DNA of 63,837 nt, the filler included, from Guillardia theta CCMP2712 (taxonomy: Eukaryota; Protista; Cryptophyta): the NCBI RefSeq assembly GCF_000315625.1. It is 6 parts of 6 records of this genome, joined end to end, with 100 filler letters (N's around TTAATTAATTAA, not from the genome) between each part and the next. Parts side by side here need not be neighbours in the genome. Positions count along the whole stretch, not along the records: positions 53,896 to 58,836 come from NW_005434334.1; positions 58,937 to 61,801 come from NW_005434557.1; positions 61,902 to 63,837 come from NW_005434455.1; 3 more parts are not named here. One strand, written 5' to 3'. This document shows positions 53,796 through 63,837 of this stretch, piece by piece. A program made the translations under genes and the position numbers. The notes beneath the pieces are model-generated. The model saw only the letters and a program-made list of their open reading frames with translations, was not told where the DNA came from and did no database searches. Each line of letters opens with the position of its first letter. Positions within the stretch are counted from its first letter, which is position 1.

Positions 53796-56580
53796 NNNNN
53801 NNNNNNNNNNNNNNNNNNNNNNNNNNNNNNNNNNNNNNNTTAATTAATTAANNNNNNNNNNNNNNNNNNNNNNNNNNNNNNNNNNNNNNNNNNNNAATTG
53901 TGTGTGAGTAAAAAATCGAAGGATTGGAAGGTTTGAAAATCCATTTCCAGCGCTGCACGTTCAACGGCAACTGGGGGTAATTGAGAGCTTAGATAAGTAA
54001 AAAGTTGTTCCTATTGCCTTTGCATAGGATCACTTAGGCCCTTGTATAGTGGAGTAATGATTTGTACCAGAACCTGATGGGTAGGCGTGGTAGTATTTCA
54101 AATGATTCGAACCCAACGGACGCGACAGGGGGGTGGGGGGTACAGGTCTTGGTCTGGTACTGTAATGGGTACCTTTTAAAATACATTTAGCAGAGGGGGT
54201 CTCCCTCCCCATCTCCCTGCCCTCCGCACTTGCGCATCCCTATCCTTCCCTGTCTATGAGTCTCAGACTCTCGTCAGACCTTCCCTGATGACCCTCAACT
54301 TTCTTTGACGCTTCTGTCTGCCTTGTCCTTCCTCAACTTGCTGGAAATTCAAACTCTGAAACCATGCCCATGAGTTGACAAGCACTGAGTTTCTCAGTTT
54401 GAATGCGGGAGGAAAGATGATTCATGGAATGAAACTCAGTGGTTCATATTTCAAGCTAATGGATACGAGTCGTATAGCACTGGCTTATGACTGTCATTTT
54501 ACTTCTCAATGATACAGCATCAAGAACTTGCTCTCGATCCATCAGTACTTGCAAAGGGTCATTTTTCAGACAGAACTTCGAGTTCATCTTTATTTTGCGT
54601 CGATCCACACGATGACATCTGTTTGATACACTATGTTTGATGAATAGCAAGAAAGAAAGGCTGCACTGTGCACCGCTTGACTGAATTTTCTACAATACTC
54701 TTCAATTGTGTAAGAGAGCATGTCACATGTAATCATACCAGGCAAACAAGTCACAGTATCGCTCCAAACCGCGTTGTGCTTGAAACTGAGACTCTACATG
54801 AAGATGTTATCGGACTAGTCGAATGATGTACAACTTTATGGTGATACGTGGTTTAGAACTGTTGCAAAGCGGACATGGGAATATGTAGCGGCCTAGGTGA
54901 TGTTTTCAACGTACTTCAATAAAACAAAGCCAAGTTGTTGCTAACAACATCATCATTTCTCCATGAGCCTGCATGACCTGATGTACATGTTAGAGAAGTC
55001 GATGCTCATTCATCAAAAGAGTGGTTAGACAAGAAATTGGTAGATACTTCTGCGCAGCATTCTTGTGTATGTGGAATCGTGCACACTCACCGTCGATACA
55101 TTGTCCTTATCATCTGGAATGGTTAACTTTCGCTGCAAGTAATATGAGCAGCGCAAAGTTGGCAAACTTATCCATATGGTTGGAATGCCGGCGATGCATT
55201 GCAGCCTGCATAGCACCTGAGCGCTTTGTTCCACTTATCGCTTGGTTCCTTCCAAACAATTGATGATATCGCAGCATGCAACTCGCATTGGCCCAAGGGT
55301 GTCAAGCGAGGAAAAGATCAGGATGATGGAAGGGCGAGAATGCAGCGAATAAGAGAAGCTGGTCAGGCTCAGTTTACTTTGTGTAAGAAAATGCCAATGC
55401 TTTGTACATGTTAGGTTACAAAGAAAGAGGCAAGAAAGCTCTGGTATGAGACTCGAGAAGAAAGATTTATTCAAAAGCGTATGTCCATTTTCGTCTGCAT
55501 GATTCAATCGGATCCAACATCAATTCATTGCTCCTGATACCATGTCAGTCTAGTCACAACAAAGATATCAGCACCTTGAAAATTTCTTGCTTCGACTCGA
55601 GGTGAAGGAAATGAAATATGATTTACAATGCTATAAGGGGTATCGTTTTGTCGCTCAAAGCGTCTTGATTGTAAGTCATGAAATAGAACACGACATGCAA
55701 TCAATTTGCAAGTCATGCCTTCATGTGGTACCTCATCACTGCCATTTGATGAATGCACTGGTATTCCTTGAAACTCTTTACATGCCTTGGCAATACTCTT
55801 GCATCTTGCTCAGACCGCCCTCAAGCCCGACTCTTTGCAGCAGATTCCTATGAAATAAGTATAGATCATGCTGTCTCCGTGACATGCTTCATGACTTCCT
55901 ACTTATTGCTCATGAGAGTCAATGTCATCCATCGTACAGCGCCACTAGCGGACGGTCCGTGCGGAGTACTCCTTATTCAAGCTGCTAAAATCTATGATGA
56001 TCAACCCTCTTTACATGTGTTTGCAATCACAGAGATGTTTTCAGACTGCTGCGCTCACACCAGATTCTGCAGGGATTGAATCTGCTTGTCCTGGTCTGAG
56101 CTCTCCTGCTGCAGATGAGTCACGTCTGCGTAACATTCACTTGCTAACCTTGGATATGCAACCAGGGAAGGGAAGGGGCAAGGCTTGAGAGCTCCCTCTG
56201 ATCTACAAGGGTGGTCTATGTTGGTCGGAGGCAGGGTAGGGTCCAAAACTTGACCCCATCGGAGAAGGGACTTTCACTGGGAAACAGGTGGGTCCAACGC
56301 ATCATAGTTTGAACAGGGGAGGTACCACATAAACTATTTTGGTACAAGTTTTCCTAACAGTACTCGAATATGTACCATAAAATTGGTACTGTTGGTACAA
56401 TTATTTGCTACCAGGAAGTACCCTACCCCCTTAAACAGGTCCCAACCAATTTGAATCAGCTCCAAGCCGTCTGACCCACCCCAGACCCCAACTGCCATTT
56501 GCTATTCACATGTGTGGAAGGATACCCCCACAGAAAACTATTGGAAACCAGAGGGGTCAGTTGAGAGCGACAACGCTATG

Positions 56581-58835
56581 CTCAGACCCCCTGGAGGCCC
56601 GCCAGGAGGCTGTGTCCGGAGATTGGCCGGGGGCCCGATCTCTCCGGGCGGCCGTGACCGGTCAGCGGACCGTGTCAGCAGGCCCGTGACATGTCAGCCG
56701 GCTGACAGGGGCCGTGACCCGGCTGACAGGCTCACCTGACCGGTCACGTGACACATCACGTGACCGAGACAAGACTTTTTTATATCGCAGATCCAAAAAC
56801 CCATAGGACATTTCTCCCAGGGGGAAGAAAACCTCCCTTGACCCCCCTGTTTCTCGACGGATCCTGCCGGCCGGGCCCGTCAGTAGACCGACTGCAGCCT
56901 TCAGCCCCGCCTCAGACCCCCTGGAGGCCCGCCAGGAGGCTAAGTGTCCGGAGATTGGCCGGGGGCCCGATCTCTCCGGGCGGCCGTGACCGGTCAGCGG
57001 ACCGTGTCAGCAGGCCCGTGACATGTCAGCCGGCTGACAGGGGCCGTGACCCGGCTGACAGGCTCACCTGACCGGTCACGTGACACATCACGTGACCGAG
57101 ACAAGACTTTTTTATATCGCAGATCCAAAAACCCATAGGACATTTCTCCCAGGGGGAAGAAAACCTCCCTTGACCCCCCTGTTTCTCGACGGATCCTGCC
57201 GGCCGGGCCCGTCAGTAGACCGACTGCAGCCTTCAGCCCCGCCTCAGACCCCCTGGAGGCCCGCCAGGAGGCTAAGTGTCCGGAGATTGGCCGGGGGCCC
57301 GATCTCTCCGGGCGGCCGTGACCGGTCAGCGGACCGTGTCAGCAGGCCCGTGACATGTCAGCCGGCTGACAGGGGCCGTGACCCGGCTGACAGGCTCACC
57401 TGACCGGTCACGTGACACATCACGTGACCGAGACAAGACTTTTTTATATCGCAGATCCAAAAACCCATAGGACATTTCTCCCAGGGGGAAGAAAACCTCC
57501 CTTGACCCCCCTGTTTCTCGACCGGATCCTGCCGGCCGGGCCCGTCAGTAGACCGACTGCAGCCTTCATCCCCGGCTCAGACCCCCTGGAGGCCCGCCAG
57601 GAGGCTAAGTGTCCGGAGATTGGCCGGGGGCCCGATCTCTCCGGGCGGCCGTGACCGGTCAGCGGACCGTGTCAGCAGGCCCGTGACATGTCAGCCGGCT
57701 GACAGGGGCCGTGACCCGGCTGACAGGCTCACCTGACCGGTCACGTGACACATCACGTGACCGAGACAAGACTTTTTTATATCGCAGATCCAAAAACCCA
57801 TAGGACATTTCTCGCAGGGGGAAGAAAACCTCCCTTGACCCCCCTGTTTCTCGACGGATCCTGCCGGCCGGGCCCGTCAGTAGACCGACTGCAGCCTTCA
57901 GCCCCGCCTCAGACCCCCTGGAGGCCCGCCAGGAGGCTAAGTGTCCGGAGATTGGCCGGGGGCCCGATCTCTCCGGGCGGCCGTGACCGGTCAGCGGACC
58001 GTGTCAGCAGGCCCGTGACATGTCAGCCGGCTGACAGGGGCCGTGACCCGGCTGACAGGCTCACCTGACCGGTCACGTGACACATCACGTGACCGAGACA
58101 AGACTTTTTTATATCGCAGATCCAAAAACCCATAGGACATTTCTCCCAGGGGGAAGAAAACCTCCCTTGACCCCCCTGTTTCTCGACGGATCCTGCCGGC
58201 CGGGCCCGTCAGTAGACCGACTGCAGCCTTCAGCCCCGCCTCAGACCCCCTGGAGGCCCGCCAGGAGGCTAAGTGTCCGGAGATTGGCCGGGGGCCCGAT
58301 CTCTCCGGGCGGCCGTGACCGGTCAGCGGACCGTGTCAGCAGGCCCGTGACATGTCAGCCGGCTGACAGGGTCCGTGACCCGGCTGACAGGCTCACCTGA
58401 CCGGTCACGTGACACATCACGTGACCGAGACAAGACTTTTTTATATCGCAGATCCAAAAACCCATAGGACATTTCTCCCAGGGGGAAGAAAACCTCCCTT
58501 GACCCCCCTGTTTCTCGACGGATCCTGCCGGCCGGGCCCGTCAGTAGACCGACTGCAGCCTTCAGCCCCGCCTCAGACCCCCTGGAGGCCCGCCAGGAGG
58601 CTAAGTGTCCGGAGATTGGCCGGGGGCCTGATCTCTCCGGGCGGCCGTGACCGGTCAGCGGACCGTGTCAGCAGGCCCGTGACATGTCAGCCGGCTGACA
58701 GGGGCCGTGACCCGGCTGACAGGCTCACCTGACCGGTCACGTGACACATCACGTGACCGAGACAAGACTTTTTTTATATCGCAGATCCAAAAAACCCATA
58801 GGACATTTCTCCCAGGGGGAAGAAAACCTCCCTTG
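56581..58835. repeat. 332-bp tandem satellite, about 6.8 near-identical copies running into a gap
   Basis: Identical ORF-track translations recur at 56748, 57080, 57412, 57745, 58077 and 58409 (period 332-333). Confidence 0.98.
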
Positions 58836-59362
58836 ANNNNNNNNNNNNNNNNNNNNNNNNNNNNNNNNNNNNNNNNNNNNTTAATTAATTAANNNNNNNN
58901 NNNNNNNNNNNNNNNNNNNNNNNNNNNNNNNNNNNNGAGGGCATGGAACGAGAGGGCAGAGGCTGAGGCTTAAGTTGATATCCAGAGAAGGGAGGAGGAA
59001 GAGGTTGAGGGAGGGAACCGCTGAGCCACAAGAGATGTGGAGATGTAACCGAGAGAGAGGGAGGGGCCGAGGGAATGCAGGGGAAGAGAAACAGAAGTGG
59101 AGGAGAAGAGGACAGAAGGGGACAGGGGATGTGAGGGGCAGGAGTGGTGCAGTGGAAGGACGATAAGGCTCGAGAATCGATGTAGCCGGCAAGGATCTGA
59201 ATACCATTGAAAGCCGCAGATGTTGCTGGTGACATAGAAAATATGTCACAGCGATCGTGGAGAGAGGAGGAAGAGGAGGAGGAGGATGCTCCCCTTGTTC
59301 GCATTCTGCAGGTAACTAAAGCTGGTCGACGATTCTTGTGCTGAGAACGCTCTCAGCCTGCT

Positions 59363-61801
59363 GTGAAAGCAAAACAAGAGGAGCGAGAAGCGCCGACTCC
59401 TATTCCCCGCCCACCTGATCTCAAGCAGCAGGACAAACAGGACAAGCAGCAGAAGTCGCAGGACTTGCTGCGACAACGAAAACCCAAGGGGGAGGTAGAC
59501 AACGTGAACAAGGAGAAGAAGGAGAAGAAGGAGAAGAAGGAGAAGGGGGGGGATAACTCTGGAGACAAGAGGAGTGGAAGGAGCTCTCCGAGCTCCAACC
59601 TCATCGCATTTCTTCTTCGTCACTCGAGGCTGCTAGCAGGAGGGGCTTGTCTCCTCCTCCTCGTCTACTTCCGCATCCTCTCCGAGGGCGTCAACTTCAC
59701 CAACGACTATCGGGATCGCGAGGATCCCTTCAAGACGCTGGGAGTCTCTTCCTCGGCCTCCGACGCCGAGATCAAGCGAGTCTACCGCAAGCTCTCGCTC
59801 GAGTTGCATCCGGACAAGAACCCCGACCAGTCCAAGGAAGACGTCGAGCGCTTCCAGCACATCACGCATGCGTACAAGATCCTGTCTGACCCCGAGAAGA
59901 AGCGCCGGTGGCTCAACAACGAGAACCCGGACTACCACGGGCTGCCCTCCGACACTGAGACCATCACCGACAAGACAGCCTCCTCCCTCCTCGACCCTGC
60001 TGGCCCCCCCTGGCTCCTCCTCGCGTATGCCGACTGGAGCGACGAGTGCTGGGAGCTAGCTGAGACATGGGAGAAGGTGGGGAAGGAGGCGAGTGCGTTC
60101 GTGCGAGTGGGGAGATTCAACTGGGAGAAGGAGAGAAACCTGGCGAAGAAGTTCAGCTGCTACTCAGTGCCGATGATCTACGCATATGTCAAAGGAGTTC
60201 GATCCACCTTCTACGGGAGCCCCACGCCTGCCAACATATCAGTCTTCCTCACAAGGGTACCTGTCTTCCTCCTCCTCCTCTCCTCCTCCTCCTCCTCCTC
60301 TCCTCCTCCTCATGCTCACTTGCTCTCAGGCCCTGGAGCCTGCGGTCTCCGTCATCTCTGATGTCAATGCCGGGGGTTTCTTAGAGGACAGGAACGACAA
60401 AGTTAAAGCGCTGCTCTTCGCGCCTGTCGGAATGATCAAGGTCTCTATCAAACCTCTCCCTTTCACTTCCTCCCTTTCTCTTCCTCCTTTTGTCTTCCTC
60501 CCTTTGTCTTCCTCCTTTTGTCTTCCTCCTTTTGTCTTCCTCCTTTTGTCTTCCTCCTTTTGTCTTCCTCCCTTTCTCTTCCTCCTTTTGTCTTCCTCCT
60601 TTTGTCTTCCTCCCTTTCTCTTCCTCCTTTTGTCTTCCTCCTTTTGTCTTCCTCCTTTTGTCTTCCTCCCTTTCTCTTCCTCCTTTTGTCTTCCTCCTTT
60701 TGTCTTCCTCCCTTTCTCTTCCTCCTTTTCTCTTCCTCTCCTCCGCCTTCTTCTGTTTCGTCCTCACTAGCTTCTCTCAGTTGCGGTTGGCCTTCCGCTC
60801 CTTCGCCTTTCGCTTCCAACACTCGATGGACTTCGCTGAAGTCGCTCCTCGTGGTTCAGAGAAGCTTCGTAAACTACTCGGTGAGACAGGAGGAGTAAGA
60901 GGAGGAGGCTCTTAGATATCAGCAGGTGTAGAGAACGGGACGACGATCGTGGTGATGAGGGAGGAAGGCTCGAGGCCGCTGGTGTACTCAAGGAGGATGA
61001 CTTACGAGAAGCTACAGCAGGTCCTGCTGTTCTCCCTTCTATTCTCCTCCTCTCCTCTCCTTCGTCCTCTCCTCTCCCATTCTCACGTTTCTTTCTTTCT
61101 CTTGATTTCTCCTCGCAGATCTTCTCGCACTTTCAGTATGCTGAAATTCCTCGCCTGACAAGTTTTAACCACCGCGATCTCTGTGGTGACGGTGAGGGCG
61201 AGGGGATGGGGATAGTGGAGGGAGAAGGTGATGGGACGAGGAGGTGGAGGGAGACGAGAGGGATGGATGTGTAGGAGTTGACAAGAGGGCAGGGGTTCGC
61301 GGGCATCAACCTTGTGTGGTCTACCTGCATGATTCCTCGCAGCAGTCGCTTCCTCCTCACATCATTCCGACTCTGCGTAACGCAAGTCAAGAGACCCTGG
61401 AAGTCGGTGAGGATGAAGACAAGAGGGAGGAGGGTGGCAAGAGAAGCTCACGTTGTCGCAGACCTCCACTCAGGCGTGTCCTCTCAACTCACAACCTTCG
61501 CCTGGGTAGACGTGAAGGAGCAGCCTGCTCTCAAGAGATTGATCGGAAATGAGAAGGGAAGGGTAAGTGACAGTCCTAACTCCTCCCCCTCTCCCTCTTC
61601 CTCCTCTACATTCTTTCTTTCTCATCGTGTCCTCCTCTCCCCTCCCCAGCCCTCCTTCTTCCTCCCCCCTTCCTCCCTGCTCATCCCCCCCCTCGTTCTC
61701 TTCTCTTCTTCCTTCCTCCCCTTTCTCTGCCTCACCTCACCTCAGGTTGTGGCCATGGACCTGTCGCAGTCACGGCTCCTCGCCTTCGACGAAGACTTTT
61801 C
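59363..61801 (+). CDS. TM-anchored DnaJ (J-domain) plus thioredoxin-like protein (DNAJC16/ERdj-like), multi-exon, 3' end in gap
   Basis: DPFKTLGV..EIKRVYRKLSLELHPDKN..FQHITHAYKILSDPEKKR; Trx-like PWLLLAYADWSDECWELAETW..VGRFN..SVPMIY; TM segment LLAGGACLLLLVYF. Confidence 0.88.
60462..60745. repeat. Intronic pyrimidine minisatellite (TTTTGTCTTCCTCC-like)n
   Basis: Seen directly. Confidence 0.9.
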
Positions 61802-62439
61802 NNNNNNNNNNNNNNNNNNNNNNNNNNNNNNNNNNNNNNNNNNNNTTAATTAATTAANNNNNNNNNNNNNNNNNNNNNNNNNNNNNNNNNNNNNNNNNNN
61901 NGGCGAGGGGGGGCGGGGGGCACAAGCAAAGCACACACACCCCCACAAAGGAGCAGCTGTAGGGAGGGTCGAGAAAACCCTCACAGCAGCATCATCATCA
62001 TCTTCATCAGCATCTATTGATGGTCCTTCGTTTTTGTTGTTTCTTAAATCAAAAATGAGGGCAGTGGGGGAGGAAGAGGAGGAGCAATAGTCATCCTCCG
62101 CAGAAGAGGAGGGAGGTGGAGGCAGACCTTGTTTTTTTTTGAGGATGAGGATGAGGATGAGGATGAGGATGAGGAGGCGGAGGCGGAGGCGGAGGCGGAG
62201 GCGGAGGAGGCGGAGGCGGAGGAGGAGGAGCAGGAGGAGGAGGAGGAGGAGGAGGAGGAGGAGGAGGAGGAGAATCTCAAGGCTCACGACTCATAGACCG
62301 TCGGGTTGCTGACTCGTGCGATAACATTGAGAATCTGAGCGCTCTTCAACCTTGCCTGCAAGCATGTGAGAGACGAAAAGAGCGCAGGGGTCGGAGAGGG
62401 GGGAGAGAGGAGGGAGCAGGAAGAAGGGAGGCGGGAGGA

Positions 62440-62560
62440 GGGCAGTAGAGGAAGGCAGTAGAGGAGGGCAGTAGAGGAAGGCAGTAGAGGAGGGCAGTAG
62501 AGGAAGGCAGTAGAGGAAGGCAGTAGAGGAAGGCAGTAGAGGAAGGCAGTAGAGGAAGGC
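62440..62560. repeat. 14-bp-type repeat (GGAAGGCAGTAGAG)n
   Basis: Seen directly. Confidence 0.88.
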
Positions 62561-63103
62561 TGACCTCCAACCACTCGACGCTTCTTGAATTCGCAGAGTA
62601 GAGCAGGTGGATCGAGACATTGCATGCGAGGTTGGCCAGCCTGAGCAAAGATCGCTGTACAAGGTTGCGTCAAAGGAGAAGGCAAGAGGAAGGCAGAGGC
62701 AGCATGGGAGGGGAAGGAAGGGCGAGGAAGGAGGGGAGAGGCAGGGGGTGCTTGAGCCTGGCGATCACCTCTGACAAACGAGGAAATCTGAAGTAGATGG
62801 GAGGAACGGCAGGCACGAGCGTTTCCTGACTTCCTCCCCAGATCTCTGCAGCCGAGAACCGCACAGAGCTTGACTCCTCCTCGCTCGCTCGTACTGGCTG
62901 CCTCGAACCCTGATCCCCTTCCCTCTCTGACTGCCTCCTCCCTGCATGTCCTCCTGCTGGAACAAAGTTTTGCTGTTTGGGCTGGTTTCGGTTTTTCCAC
63001 GAGGAGAAGTTATCTTTTACCCTCTCATCACTGAGCGATTCGAGTCAGCCCACTCAAATTGCTTCAAGGAAACTTTCACCGAGAATGATTGTAGTGACGA
63101 TCT

Positions 63104-63141
<38 letters not shown>

Positions 63142-63837
63142 CTGATAGCCGTTCTCTGCCCTATTCATCCCTTCCCCTGCATACCGCTGAGCCCCTCCTT
63201 CCCATCGGTTCGGAGCTGTGCTCCTGTACTCTTTTGTTTCCCTCGTCTGATACTGCTGCCTCCCCCCCCTCGGCTGCTCGTGTAGTTCCAGTGCTCATGG
63301 CTCTTCCGCACATGTCAGGAACAAAACAAGATCAGCAACATAATCCCAACCTCTCTCGAGCTCCACGAGTCCCTGCCAACCCACAAGTCACTCACTGACG
63401 CCCTGTGGAGGCACAGCAATCGAGTCACCGTGATCGATCGTCGTGTCTCGGACGAGAGTCCTGCTGGGGTCGCCAGTCCTCGCGAGGGAAGTTTCTGCGA
63501 GACATCTGATGTAACAAGTCATGAACCCACATGCTCCTCAACATCTACCAACTCGGCTTCTCCTCCGTTCGAGTCTCCTCGCTTCAGTCAAGTTTCTAAG
63601 AAACAATCTGAAGCCGACCTGCTCGCGATTGTGATCTGCCCTCACTTTCCACACATGTCTCGTTCACTTCCTCCCTTTCTGTCCCATCGATCATCTCTCA
63701 CCAGTGTATAGCCATGTTCAGATCCTCCTCTACCCTTCCTTTCATCCCTGTTCCTCTTTTCTGCCCTTCGCCTTCTCTTGGCTTCCCTTCCCCTCACCTA
63801 CCGTATCCTCCCCTCCCCTCCCCTCAATTCCTCTCCC

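Noticed and set aside
54450-56190. Possible gene(s) in an AT-richer stretch
   Set aside because: Only short ORFs with no recognisable motif, so no product or structure could be supported.
56748-58732. Repeated 107-aa ORFs as a tandem gene family
   Set aside because: They start at GTG, one copy is frameshifted and there is no recognisable domain. They are a by-product of a GC-rich satellite.
61902-63837. Minus-strand gene fragments at the window end
   Set aside because: Probably exonic in part, but low complexity and unresolved splicing prevent a supported call.

Overview
Intron-rich eukaryotic nuclear DNA, most consistent with a cryptophyte alga such as Guillardia theta. This is an inference from short GT-AG introns, a signal peptide plus Phe bipartite plastid-targeting leader, and TTTAGGG telomeric repeats. 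Recognisable genes: a K+-dependent H+-pyrophosphatase, RUVBL1/pontin, RNase H1, a multi-PDZ coiled-coil protein, a Shewanella-like phosphatase and a DnaJ-thioredoxin protein. The most unusual locus is about 16.96-21.3 kb: a head-to-tail array of a telomere-repeat-associated non-LTR-type element, made of one decayed fragment, one end-to-end copy and one diverged copy running into a gap, separated by (TTTAGGG)n. The end-to-end copy has a restriction-like endonuclease but no reverse transcriptase, apparently through an in-frame internal deletion. Other notable items: a candidate TIR-(SAM)-multi-TM-RelA/SpoT-like protein (31.4-33.7 kb), a fold-back region with ~420-bp inverted repeats, a 43-bp array and Crinkler-type nuclease remnants (25-31 kb), a 332-bp satellite with twin CACGTG palindromes, and recurrent CCGG/GTCAC/GAGTC-rich intergenic islands. 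N-runs containing TTAATTAATTAA are assembly joins, so adjacency across them is uncertain. All domain calls are by-eye motif recognition, not database searches.
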